This document shows positions 14,763 through 30,121 of a stretch of DNA of 64,000 nucleotides, one piece after another. This DNA comes from Octopus vulgaris (taxonomy: Eukaryota). The notes under the pieces are model-generated. The model was not told where the DNA came from. It made no database searches and was given only the letters and a program-made list of their open reading frames with translations. A program made the position numbers and the translations under genes. The stretch is taken from the NCBI GenBank assembly GCA_951406725.2, contig OX597827.1, positions 11,594,001 to 11,658,000 on the forward strand, in the 5' to 3' direction. The number at the start of each line of letters is the position of its first letter. The first letter of the stretch is position 1.

Positions 14763-14999
14763 AGGCGCAGATGCACACTGCATCGACAACAGATTGCATT
14801 CCCAGAATATAGAATGATACCTTTTAGTGAGCACATTGAGAAATGCGCAAAGCAACTACTGCCACAATTTTTAATCTTCCCATTTTACCAATGTGCTTTC
14901 GGATCATCAACACAAATGAGACTGAACAAGGAAACATTCTTCATTGAAAAGTACAAACCCAGACTCAACCATCCGAACATACTGACACAGAGAAATTAA
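14763..14999 (+). pseudogene. C-terminal fragment of PLE GIY-YIG endonuclease
   Basis: Uninterrupted frame RRRCTLHRQQIAFPEYRMIPFSEHIEKCAKQLLPQFLIFPFYQ...MRLNKETFFIEKYKPRLN fits the R...H....H....R..E..FI....P.LN pattern of PLE endonuclease ends. The GIY/YIG motifs themselves are missing (5' truncation). Confidence 0.75.
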
Positions 15000-15134
15000 C
15001 AAGGAAATGGGAAAAAAATTTTTAAGCGATTATCTCCCCTACACCGGAAAAAATCACTCACTACCTCCCCTTATTTAGAAATCTCCTGGAAATAAAAACA
15101 ACGATAAATCCATGCAATATAAACATAACGTCAC

Positions 15135-15174
15135 AAGAAATTTGAAAAGCTACACGCGAAACCGGTAATTTCTT
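15135..15174 (+). ncRNA. Minimal type I hammerhead ribozyme, U3:A8 core variant
   Basis: aagaaat-TTGAAAA-gc(tacac)gc-GAA-accggt-A-atttctt: 7-bp stem I, 2-bp stem II, palindromic ACCGGT stem III, GUA cleavage triplet. Confidence 0.7.
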
Positions 15175-15451
15175 TAAAAATTTAAAAATTATGTCATTTT
15201 AAGGAAAGGAAAAAAAAAAAAAAAAAATTTTTCCAATATTCTCCAGACATTTTGACACAAATATATATATCTTTTAACATTTAAGCCTTCTGTCGTTTTT
15301 TCACACTTTACTATTTTCTTATATATTCACCCACGTGCTTTACCAAACAAACTTTCTTATCTATATATGTATATATATATATGTGTATATGTATATACAT
15401 ATATGTATATATATATATATGTGTATATGTGTATATGTGTATATATATATA

Positions 15452-15508
<57 letters not shown>

Positions 15509-17047
15509 GTGTGTGTATATATATATGTATATATATATGAATACATGTGACTGCACACAAACATATATATCTATATGCATATAAATAAATATATATGTAT
15601 ATATATATGAATGTGCATATATATGCACACATGTATACACTCACACACACACACAGACACACACTCACACATACGCACAGACACACACACACACACACAG
15701 ACACACATACATGCTCTCAAAAATATATTCATAAAATATGTATATATATTTTCATGTTAAGTACGGTACATTTGATAATAATATAATATCTGAAAAACAA
15801 TAGAGAAGGAATGGTCATGGATGGAATGTTTTTGAACATAAATCTACCAAAACGAGTTTGCTCTAAGGCTATATAACAACAACATCAACAACAAAAGCAG
15901 CAGCATCAATACTCTCGTCTTGATCTGAAGGAGATAACTTAATAAACAAAACAATCCTTGGGCTTTATAGATATGAGTTATTACCCCAGGGGACTACTAT
16001 TTTCCCCTTGAATAACCACCAAAAATGATCTATTTTATATTTTAACATATTGATCTGCTAATCCGTTTGACAATTGTAAACTTCAAGCCTATATAATGTA
16101 GTTATGATGTGACAGTCCAATGAATTGAATTTTGAACTAACCAGACTTTGGTTGTGGTAAGGTTTTCAGAAATTCGAAATCCTCTTTTGACAATATTTTA
16201 CATCTGATAGCATGTTCACTTGACATCATCAGTCAATAAATGACCCCATATTAAGTTCAAAGTTCATGTAAGAAAAGAGCTGTGCAAATGCCTAAATATT
16301 CTGTAAAATTATCGCCTGTGAATTCATATAATAAAAACACCCACCTGTTTTTCCCGTCTCAGTCATTTCATAAAATCTCGGAAACAAATTATCAATGATG
16401 GTAAAACTTGAATTGTTTGCAAATTATTCACCAGGCCTGATAGTGTGTTACAAACGATCAGTTTGCAGAGATAGATGTGTAATTCTGAATTTGATGTATG
16501 TAGCTGACATAGCTTAAGGTCTTCTAAACACATGGATTGACTTTGGTAGATGAAATTATGAAGAAGGCCATTATGTTTCTGAATGTGTATGTGTGTATGT
16601 ACGCATGCACGTACATAGGTATGTATATATAGGTATATACATTACATACATGCATTATATACATGTATGTATGTATGTGCCTGTATATGTATGTATGTAT
16701 GTACATATATATATATATATATATATAATTAATAAATCTTAGGGTAGCAAATAGGGTAATTTTTTATTTTTTATTGTTTTATTGTTTTTATTTTATATTC
16801 CCTTTCAGAATTACAACTATTAGTGGTTGGTAGTTTAACTGCTCTTTCTAGTGAATCATATGTTCTATTATGGTCATCTCTTATGTGTCTAAATGTACAC
16901 TGTATTTTTAAAGATATGTGTGTGTGTATATATATATATATATCACCTTGATCACTGTGACCGACTAGTCTGTCGGGCATCAATTTGACACCACTGGTCA
17001 CAGCATGCTGTTCACTCCTTTCTGGATCACGCCTTTCTCATCCACAT

Positions 17048-17092
<45 letters not shown>

Positions 17093-17208
17093 TACAGATA
17101 GATATAGATATATATACATGCACAAACACATACACATACATACAAACATACAAACATACATACATGCATGCATACATACATACATACATACATACATACA
17201 TACATACA

Positions 17209-17240
<32 letters not shown>

Positions 17241-17464
17241 CATGCATATGATTATTGATTTAACATTTTTTACACGCTTACATGGCTTGTAAGAATTTAT
17301 CAAGGCAGATTTTCTATGACCAGATACTCTTCCTCTTAGTAACCCTCACCTGTTACCAAAATAATATTTTCTGGAATCCAGGAATATTTTCACAGAGGAC
17401 TGGAAAGGAAGGACCCTATTAGTATCGGAGTGAAGCTTGTTTACAAATATCACATGATGTCAAA

Positions 17465-17503
<39 letters not shown>

Positions 17504-17506
17504 CAT

Positions 17507-17559
<53 letters not shown>

Positions 17560-17604
17560 AAGTTTCTTTCAGTTTCTATGTAGTAAATAAACTCAAATCT
17601 TTAT

Positions 17605-17722
17605 AGTATGGCAAAACTTGAAAAAAAATTGATGTTGAGTTGATGGGGTCTTAAGAAAGCATCACTGAGTGAGTACATAAGAAGAAAAGCCTAAAATATG
17701 AAAGATTTAAAGGTTTCTGTGA
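17605..17722 (+). mobile_element. Second short Hero-like RLE fragment, inside a decayed SINE A
   Basis: Diverged direct copy of about 20890-21003 (gagttgatgg...agaagaaaagcctaaaatatgaaagattta). Confidence 0.5.
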
Positions 17723-17938
17723 ACTTCAAGGCTCTACCTTGCCCTGGGTTCCATGCAGTGGGACTGAACTCCAAACTATATTGCTGAGAAACAAATTTCT
17801 TAACTACACAGCCAAGCCTTCTTCTCCAGAAGTGTGTATGAATCATAGATCTATGTGTCAATGTATGTCTGTTTATGTTCTGTAATATCCAACAAAGGGT
17901 AATCAATGAAATAAGTATCAGACTAAGATAATTAACGT

Positions 17939-18087
17939 GGTGCAGGCGTGGCTGTGTGGTAAGAAGCTTGCTTCCTAACTACATGGTACCAGGTTTGGTC
18001 CCACTGTACAGTAAGTAGCTTGGGCAACTGTCTTTTACTGTATAGCTTTGTGAGTGGATTTGGCAGATGGAAGCTGAAAGAAGCCTG

Positions 18088-18150
<63 letters not shown>

Positions 18151-18371
18151 TTTGCCTCTATGTTTGTCCCCCCAACCACCACCATCGCTTGAGAACCGAT
18201 GTTGGTGTGGTTACATCCTCGTAACTTAGTGGTTCAGCAAAAGAGACTGATAGAATAAGTATTAGGCTTATAAAGAATAAATCCTGGGGTTAATTTCTTC
18301 AACTAAAAAAAAAGCACTTTAAGGCAGTGCTACAGCATGGCCACAGTCGAACGACTGGAAGAAGTAAAAGA
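17939..18371 (+). mobile_element. SINE A (older copy)
   Basis: tRNA-like head with A box tggctgtgtgg, an internal (TA)n(TG)n tract and the conserved tail. Confidence 0.85.
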
Positions 18372-18524
18372 TTAAATGGATAATCACAAGGATTGAGCTG
18401 TGTAAATGGTGTCCAGCATAGCTGCAGTCTAAGGAATAAAACTGGTGATGGGAAGAGCAAAATACGAAAACCATGGTACCATGTTCCACAGGTAAAATTT
18501 TAGAAAAAGTAAATTCTGCGTATA

Positions 18525-18932
18525 GGCGCAGGAGTGGCTGTGTGGTAAGTAGCTTGCTAACCAACCACATGGTTCCGGGTTCAGTCCCACTGTGTGGCAT
18601 CTTGGGCAAGTGTCTTCTGCTATAGCCCCGGGCCGACCAATGCCTTGTGAGTGGATTTGGTAGACGGAAAATGAAAGAAGCCCGTCGTATATATGTATAT
18701 ATATATGTGTGTTTGTGTGTCTGTATTTGTCCCCCTAGCATTGTTTGACAACCGATGCTGGTGTGTTTACGTCCCCGTCACTTAGCGGTTCGGCAAAAGA
18801 GGCCGATAGAATAAGTACTGGGCTTACAAAGAATAAGTCCCGGGGTCGATTTGCTCGACTAAAGGCGGTGCTCCAGCATGGCCGCAGTCAAATGATTGAA
18901 ACAAGTAAAAGAGTAAAAGAGTAAAAGAGAGT
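18525..18932 (+). mobile_element. SINE A, full length (tRNA-derived; CORE-like ccttgggcaagt segment)
   Basis: Head ggcgcaggagtggctgtgtggta with A box, B box ggttcagtccc, internal microsatellite and (gagtaaaa)n tail. About 20 copies in the window. Confidence 0.92.
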
Positions 18933-19275
18933 ATGAATCATATTGCAGTTGTCAATATTTAGAACTATCTCTTGCATATTTTTGCAAATATGATGATAAT
19001 TGACAAAGACATTTTGAATACATAAATGTGCCTTTGCCTTTCGTTGACACACATCTCTCTTTTAACCTCATTTATTATTCTCTGGTATGGCCAGGAGATA
19101 ATACCTAGAGGAAGAGTTTAAAATTACAAAAGCTTGTTGCTGCTATAAGATTGTATAGGATTCAATGAATTCCATTGTTCTTGCAGACCAGGCAATAGTG
19201 ATGAGATAAGAGAAAAGAGGTGAAGCTTGAGAAAGGCTGTTTGAGAGTTGGTACAAACAGGGTTCTAAAATAGTT

Positions 19276-19455
19276 GAGAGAGTTTACGAAAAAAAACAAA
19301 AGACAAAGACAGGTGGTGTACAAAACAAACAGATGTATTAGTATAATGCTCAGGAATAGAAAAAGTCTTTTACATTTCGAGCCTACGCTCTTCTACAGAA
19401 AGGGACACAGAAAACAAGTAGAGAAAAAAATGTGTGTAGTGGCTAACAATCTATC

Positions 19456-19514
<59 letters not shown>

Positions 19515-19692
19515 AGAGTTTACGAAAAAAAACAAAAGATGAAGACAGGTGGTGTACAAAACAAGCAGATGTATTAGTATAACACTCAGGAATAGAAAAA
19601 GTCTTTTACATTTCGAGCCTACGCTCTTCTACAGAAAGGGACACAGAAAAAACAAGGAGAGAAAAAAATGTGTGTAGTGGCTAACGATCTAT

Positions 19693-19738
<46 letters not shown>

Positions 19739-19880
19739 AGAGTTTACGAAAACAACAAAAGATGAAGACAGGTGGTGTACAAAACAAACAGATGTATTAG
19801 TATAACGCTCAGGAATAGAAAAAGTCTTTTACGTTTTGAGCCTACGCTCTTCTACAGAAAGGGACACAGAAAACCAGAGA
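19276..19880 (-). mobile_element. Tandem array of about 185-bp units separated by (TA)n; retrozyme/PLE-pLTR-like
   Basis: Three near-identical units start at about 19276, 19512 and 19736. Each has a minus-strand hammerhead-like motif (19367-19402, 19603-19638, 19826-19861). Confidence 0.55.
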
Positions 19881-20161
19881 AGGAAGAGACGACAAAAGGA
19901 AAGACCAGAAAATACAGGAAAGTTTAGAAAGTATAAAAATAAAAATATAAAAATAAAGTAATGACAATAATAACAGTTTTACGGAAGCAGCAGTGGAGAA
20001 AGTTGAGCATAGAAAGCTATTATGGAGCATATAATGGAAAATAAAGCTAAGTGAGTTTGCTATTCCTTCTGAGTTGATTCTATATGATGTACTTTCATTC
20101 TTGTATGTTATTAGATGATGAGGCTGAAGTATCACTTCTGATTGACTAACATCCAAGTTAG

Positions 20162-20334
20162 GGCGCAGGAGTGGCTGTGTGGTAAGTAGCTTGCTTACCA
20201 ACCACATGGTTCCGGGTTCATTCCCCCTGCATGGCACCTTGGGCAAGTGTCTTCTACTATAGCCTCGGGCCCACCAAAGCCTTGTGAGTGGATTTGGTAG
20301 ACGGAAACTGAAAGAAGCCCGTCGTATATATATA

Positions 20335-20377
<43 letters not shown>

Positions 20378-20605
20378 GTATGTGTGTTTATATGTTTATG
20401 TGTCTGTGTTTGTTCCTTCAACATCACTTGACAACCGATGCTGGTGTGTTTATGTCCCAGTAACTTAGCGGTTCGGCCAAAGAGATCGATAGAATAAGTA
20501 CTAGGTTTGCAAAGAATAAGTCCTGGGGTCGATTTGCTCGACTAAAGGCGGTGCTCCAGAATGACCGCAGTCAAATGACTGAAACAAGTAAAAGAGTAAA
20601 GAGTA
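20162..20605 (+). mobile_element. SINE A, full length
   Basis: Same head, body and tail as 18525-18932. Confidence 0.92.
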
Positions 20606-21970
20606 ATATTCTGACAACATGCAAGAACATTCCCTTGCTGAAAAATCTTCACAGCCAAGATTTGCTGATGGTTTAATGTTACAATATAGTGACATAGGCA
20701 CAATGTGGTTAAACACAAATGTAAACACTATTGTTTTTTTTATAAGAAAGGTAACAAGAAGACAATGCAGGGCATGACTAAATGAAAACCAAGGTTCAGA
20801 TATCTTCCTGGTGTTAATGATTGGAAGATATAAGTGGATTTAGATGAAGCATTCATGTTTGCAAGTCAAGCTGCAATCTGACCTTACAGTATGGCCAACC
20901 TAGAAAAAAATTTGTCATTGAGTTGATGGTGGCTTAGGAAAGCAAAATGAAATAAGTAAATGAGAAGAAAAGCCTAAAATATGAAAGATTTAGCGATTTC
21001 TGTAGGCTACAATGATAGTAGTGTATTGAAGCTTTCGAAAGAAGTGGGATGTTCTGGATTTGTTGCTGGATTGAAAATGTTCAACCTAGTTGGCTTTGAG
21101 CTTATGAAGGATAGCAGAGCAGAGATACAGATATGCTTTGTCATAGATATGACATCGACAAAATAAATATGAAATTAGTGAGCAATCAATAATATTTTAG
21201 TAGGTAGTAAAAAAAAAAGAGTGCATGGTTCAAGTAATCACAGCTACATCCAGGTTGGTATACATACAAAGAGATAAATATACATACATGTATGTATATA
21301 CATACATACACATATATATATATATGCCTGTGTGTGTGTATACAGAGCATTCTCTTTCTCCTACAACTCACTCTTTCATCAACCTGTCTCTTTACTAACA
21401 CTTTCTTTTGTCCCTATCATGTCACTTTTGCATTTTCCAATTCAACCACCTTACCAACAACAAAAATATAACTGTATTTCTAATTCTCCCCTTTCTTCAA
21501 TAATGCCCTTCTTGAACATTTTCTTCTTCCTATCACTACATTCCCTGTATTATTTGCTCATATACTCAACCTTTCACAACAGATCTCTCTCTCTTTCTCC
21601 CTCCCTCCCTCTCTCCCTCTCTTCCTCCCTCTCTTTCTTCCTCTCGTCCTGCCTTTCTCTGTGTCTCTGTCTGTCTGTCTATCCCCACCTCTCTCTTTCA
21701 TTCATGACTCCATATTCTCTCCACCATATTGGTCATGTGGCTTTGAATAAGTTGAAATTATGTAGTGCAAAAATGGATCTTTAGTCTACTGAAATGACGC
21801 AAACACTCCAGTGCTTCCGTCAAGATAAAAATGATCCTAGTAGACTATGGAAATGAATTGAGGGTACTATTGAAAGATGGATGCAGATAAAAATGACCAA
21901 AAGATGAGGAATAAAGTTATATTATGATGATGATGATATAAAATAATATGTTACAATTACTCAATAGTCA

Positions 21971-22033
21971 AGATAAAACTCTGAGTTTCAGATGCCGAAG
22001 TGGAAATCCACAACACCATCTCTTCGGTTATCT
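21971..22033 (-). ncRNA. Candidate type I hammerhead ribozyme in a short element (about 21935-22126) abutting (TA)n
   Basis: Minus strand: agataa-CCGAAGA-gatg...catc-t-GAA-actc-a-gagt-T-ttatct. It has a 6-bp stem I, but U4 is replaced by C and there is one extra nt before G12. Confidence 0.5.
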
Positions 22034-22125
22034 GGCCAGCTGAAAAAAATTTTATAGATAAGTTTCCTCTATTTACATAATATTGAGGTCTCTTTCTTTC
22101 TTTTGTTATCTCACCGTTTTTACCA

Positions 22126-24650
<2,525 letters not shown>

Positions 24651-25291
24651 AATACTAATTTAGAGAGATGGACAGGGAGAAAAATGGACAGATAGACAGA
24701 ATGATGTATGTGTGTTTGTGTGTGTTTGTATGTGTGTGTGTGTGCAGAGAGAGAGAGATGAGGTTGAGCAGTTGATAGATAGATAAACAGATTAAAGTAA
24801 ATAATAATTAAGCAACTCACTAGATGATTATACAACTAAAATTCTTTCCATCCATGTGGCCTCGAATGAGCAAAATGACCTGCTCAAGTCATTAGGGTGT
24901 CTTGCATTATTAACACAAAGGCATTCCAATTAGCTGCTATCATCTCTGTAGGTATGAGAAGTCTTTAAGAAAGTCTGCACTAATTATCAGGATACACAGC
25001 CATTCCTTCTGTTCCATTATTAATACATCTTCCCAACTGTCAGCTTTTGGAGAATAGCTGGAGAATAGCCTGCTTTAAACCAATGGTTAGATTCTATTAT
25101 TACTTTTGTTCTGAAACTTATTTTACTCTACAAGACTTTCTTAGAATCTCTTTGAACACTTCTCATTGTTATCTCTGTTTTCTTCTTCTGGGGGTTTTTT
25201 TTTCTGTTTTTTTTCCTGTGTTTTTCTTTTCTGTGTATTCCTTGCATTCTCAACACATAAAATATGTCCATATGTGTGTTTTCAGGTGTTT

Positions 25292-25795
<504 letters not shown>

Positions 25796-25979
25796 GCAGA
25801 AGGAGATTAAAATATACCTGTGTACATAGAAGTTTATTCTTTAAAATAAAATTCTGTGTCTGCTTATATTGAAGCAGAGTTTAGTTTCTGAGAGTATTAA
25901 GTGGATTTACATATCTATCTAAGTGTGATTTTGGGTAATTGTTTGTGTTTGTGTGTGAATGCTGGAGTGCTATGTTGAT

Positions 25980-26152
25980 GTGTGTGTGTGTTTGTGAATT
26001 CGTGCTCATGTGTGTATGTGTGTGTGTTTGTGAATTTGTGCTCATGTGTGTATGTGTGTGTGTTTGGGAATTTGTGCTCATGTGTGTGTGTGCGTTTGTG
26101 AATTTGTGCTCATGTGTGTGTGTTTGTGAATTTGTGCTCATGTGTGTGTGTG
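25980..26152. repeat. Minisatellite (TG)n-tttgtgaatttgtgctca, about 5 units of 28-36 bp
   Basis: Direct reading. Confidence 0.9.
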
Positions 26153-26745
26153 TTCTGTGTGTGAATATTTCTCTTAGTTTTGGCAGTAAATTAGTGATGT
26201 GAAGGATACGTTCCTCTTAATTGGAGCTGAGATACAAAACTAACAACATCATAGATAGACAGAGAGAGACAAATAAAGTATGAGACAGAAAGGGAGAAAG
26301 TTACATGCATGTTTGTCTTTTTCTTTTATCCTTTTCCTACATGCTGATTCAGTTTAGAAATAAGAACAAATTAGGAATATTTCCCTCTTGTCATGCTGGT
26401 AGTCAACTAACAACAGCACGGAATCGGAATCGGAATGGTGAGATACATGTGAAAGATAATTACTAGGAACATCACATTATACACGTAAAAGCGAAGGGGC
26501 GTGTGGTGTGGAGATGGCGCGGTAGTGTGACGGAGTGGCTGAAGGGTAGGGCGATAGAGTCGGTGATGGGCAGGACTTCAAACTGTTACCGAAAATCCTC
26601 TCAGTTTTCTCAAACAAACTAATCAAATAGGATACAGGAGGAATGTATTTGTATATTTATTCAAGTTAATGGGATAAAAAAAGATAAGAAACTGCAATAT
26701 GTAATAAACCCTGTTATTCGAATTTAGATCCGACAGAAAAAATAA

Positions 26746-26791
26746 GATGATAATAATAACATTAATAATAATAACGATAATAATAATAATA

Positions 26792-26822
<31 letters not shown>

Positions 26823-26836
26823 TGATGATGATGATG

Positions 26837-26885
<49 letters not shown>

Positions 26886-26905
26886 TAATAATAATGATAA
26901 TAATG

Positions 26906-26954
<49 letters not shown>

Positions 26955-27013
26955 TAATAATAATGATAATAATAATAATAATGATGATGATAATAATAAT
27001 GATAATAATAATG

Positions 27014-27059
<46 letters not shown>

Positions 27060-27072
27060 TAATAATGATAAT
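26746..27072. repeat. (AAT)/(GAT) microsatellite
   Basis: Direct reading. Confidence 0.95.
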
Positions 27073-27073
27073 T

Positions 27074-27432
27074 TATTTCTTTATTGCCCACAAGAGATTA
27101 AACATAGAGGGGACAAACAAGGACAGACAGGGATTAATTCAATTATATCTTCCCCCAGTGCATAACTGGTACTTATTTAATCGACCCCGAAAGGATGAAA
27201 GGCAAAGTCGAATAATAATAATAACAACAATGATGACAACGATGACAATGACGATGATGATGATGATGATGATGGTGATGGTTCTTTCTTATTTTGACAC
27301 AAGGCCAGTAATTTTGAGTAGCATGAACAAGTTGATTACACTGATCCCACCCAGTAATTTGCTAGTACTTGATTTATTGACCCTGAAAGGATGAAAGGCA
27401 TGGTCAACCCCCAGAGGAATTTGAGTTCAGAA
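27074..27432 (-). mobile_element. Two partial SINE B copies in an (AAT)/(GAT) tract
   Basis: 27074-27210 and about 27280-27432 carry the gaaaggatgaaaggca core. Confidence 0.7.
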
Positions 27433-27620
27433 AATATAATAATAATGATAAACAAAAAAATAATTGTATATAGTAAATAATTCCGGAGAAGAGTGATATT
27501 TGTTATTTGTAAATTTTTGGCATAAATCACAACTTATGGAAACTTAAAATAGTGTGTTTGCATAGAGCAGGAGAGGGAGGGAGTAATTCTTATTAAATCT
27601 CCGTGTTTTTCAAAAGTGTT

Positions 27621-28034
27621 TTACTCTTTTACTCTTTTACTTGTTTCAGTCATTTGACTGCGGCCATGCTGGAGCACCGCCTTTAGTCGAGCAAATCGAC
27701 CCCCGGGACTTATTCTTTGTAAGCCCAGTACTTATTCTATCGGATCTCTTTTGCCGAACTGCTAAGTGACGGGGACGTAAACACACCAGCATCAGTTGTC
27801 AAGCAGTGCTAGGGGGACAAACACAAACATACACGCACACACACATATACATATATATATATATATACATATATACGACAGGCTTCTTTCAGTTTCCATC
27901 TACCAAATTCACTCACAAGGCATTGGTCAGCCCAGGGCTATAGCAGAAGACATTTGCCCAAGATGCCATGCAGTAGGACTGAACCCGGAACCATGTGGTT
28001 GGTTAGCAAGCTACTTACCACACAGCCACTCCTG
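27621..28034 (-). mobile_element. SINE A, full length
   Basis: Reverse complement of the SINE A consensus. Confidence 0.92.
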
Positions 28035-29919
28035 TTTTGTTTACTTTTCCTCACTTTTTAAATCTCTTCCATGAAATCTTCCTTTTGTCATATGCCAAAT
28101 TTAAGGGACAGGAACATTCGATATAGTTTGACAACTTTTGGTGAGGGTTTGTGTCTTAATAATTGCCATTAATCATAATAAACGTTGCAAATACTTCTAC
28201 CTGTCTAACATTAAAACAATCATTTGTTGATCTTGTTTAGAAGGAAAACAACAAAGCACCTTTCAAGTTTACTCTAAACAAAAAGTATGAGAATAACTCT
28301 CTTTTTCTTTCTTATATTATAGCATTCTTAAACAGTCAATAGGTATCACCAAAAGTAATAATGAAATTAATTAAATAGATTATATCTTGAAATAAAACTC
28401 GCTTTGTATGTAACAATCAAATCAATATTAAGTTTTAATAGAGATTTGTGGTTATCCTTGTATATTTGTTTTTTCTTGTGTTCAGGAATATAATAACTTT
28501 TTGTAAGTTTAATTTATTTGTAATTATTTCCTCGGAAAATAATAAAGTCTAAGTTTTTCAATTGATTTTTGAAATAATCAAATAGTTGGTGAGATTTTGT
28601 AGAAGTTTTTGATTATTGTACAATTTGAGTTAACTTGGACCTCAAAATTCACATACCTGTTTAAACCATAAGGTAAAACTTTATGCTCCTGTCTACGGAA
28701 ATTTTACTTTAATTTTGATTTGACATTACTCTTTGTAGTGAGTTACCCATCGGTGAATGTTCCATTGTTATTTTTAAACTAACTTTAACGTAGCACCCTT
28801 ATATAACATTATATTAAGCTTCGTCATTATCAAACTGGTGTTCAGAACAGAATGTAAAACAGAATAAAGATGAAAAGTTTAAAGTAAAATATAAACACGT
28901 AAAAAGAGATGGTTCTCATATGGTATGAAAAAAGTTAACAAATGTTTGTTAAACTTATAATCATAACCAGCTAGAACAGTCCCCAATTTTCAATACATAC
29001 TTTAACATTTGTATACTTAAAACACCAAGTTTACCAAATCACTTCATTTATTTAATTGATTATTATTACTTAATTATAATGTTTTAGATGATTGCGAAAA
29101 TGAAATCCATTTATTGTAAAAAGTTATAGTATTTGTTTTATGTATTTTCAAAACTTGTAAAATCAACAAAGTAACTAGTTTTGGTATAATAGTATATAAA
29201 TGGAAGAAGGAATAAGTTTTTAAATGGGGAAGAAAGAAAGTGAATAAAGATGTTAAGAAAGTGTCAAGTAATGAAAGAAAGAATGATGACTAAAAAAGTA
29301 TAAGAATAACAGATTAAAAAGTTATCAACACAAAAGAAATAAAGATTTAGAAAAGTGAGAAACTGAAAAGGAAAGATTTAAAAGTAGAAGAAAGAGATGA
29401 AAAAGAGAAGAGAAATAAATAAATAAAGAGAGAGGAAGAGAGAGAAAAAGAGAGAGAGCTAGAGAGAGAGAGAGAGAAGTAAAAGTGTGAAAAAGAAGAT
29501 AGAGAAAACAAGGAACAAGAAACAAAATGATTCTGAAAGTGAAAGTAAACAAAAAGAAAGAAAGAAAAAGAGGAAGAGAAAGTAAGAATAAAAGTGAAAA
29601 CATTTTTTAAAAAAAGTGAAAAAGAAGCAGAAAAGAGAGAAAAAGATTTAATTCCTGACTTTTTGTGTAAGTCTTTGTTTTGATTTTCCTGTTCTTACGT
29701 TTTGAGAAAGAGAATTCATAAGAGAATATTTACCAAAATTTCTAAAATAGATCTTAGAATATTTCCCTATATAAAAACAAAAATTCTTCGTAGTTTGTCT
29801 AGATTACTAAATAATATATAAACATGTGTAATTTAAGAAATTAAGAAAAAAAAACAAACAAATTTTTGATATTCAAAATTTCTAAAAGAAACTCCCTTAG
29901 TGATTATAGTATGACTTAC

Positions 29920-30115
29920 CTGTGGCATATTATCCGTGTAAATTCATCTCAACTGGAGACGTACATCCTGATGCAGAGTTCTTACTTTGACTGCTGCCGG
30001 TATATGACAGCCACTGCGGCTGCTGCTGATGCCGCTGCCGCTGCTGCCGTGCACATCTCTAGTTAGGTTTCTCATATATGTAGATAGTTTGTGTGTGCCT
30101 GCAGCTCTCTTGCTG
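29920..30115 (-). other. Candidate first/5'-UTR exon ending ATG CCA CAG|GTAAGT
   Basis: Consensus donor at 29920/29919 in a GC- and CpG-richer island with (GCA)-like repeats, within repeat-poor DNA. The upstream boundary is unknown. Confidence 0.35.
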
Positions 30116-30121
30116 TTTCTA

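Larger units (their letters stand above)
14677..15360 (+). mobile_element. 5'-truncated Penelope-like retroelement (PLE) with inverted pseudo-LTR, inserted in (TA)n
   Basis: Perfect 85-bp inverted repeat (14677-14761 / 15241-15325) encloses a GIY-YIG-type endonuclease C-terminus and a hammerhead motif. TA-rich microsatellite lies on both sides. Confidence 0.8.
19100..21170 (+). mobile_element. Decayed Hero-like RLE non-LTR retrotransposon, interrupted by the tandem array and a SINE A
   Basis: Collinear peptide remnants LEEEFKITKA..DS, KVEHRKLLW, LYDVLS, NILTTC, RHNVV, NDWKI*VDL, LQSDLTVW, IELMVA*E..EKKSLKY and EVGCSGFVA match the order of Hero-clade zinc-knuckle/RLE motifs. Many stops and frameshifts. 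Confidence 0.6.

Noticed and set aside
16340-16500. Minus-strand exon ending CAG|GTGGGT
   Set aside because: No acceptor giving a continuous frame, and no recognisable peptide.
19276-19880. CRISPR-like repeat-spacer array
   Set aside because: The repeats are about 185 bp, the spacers are (TA)n, the context is eukaryotic and there are no cas genes.
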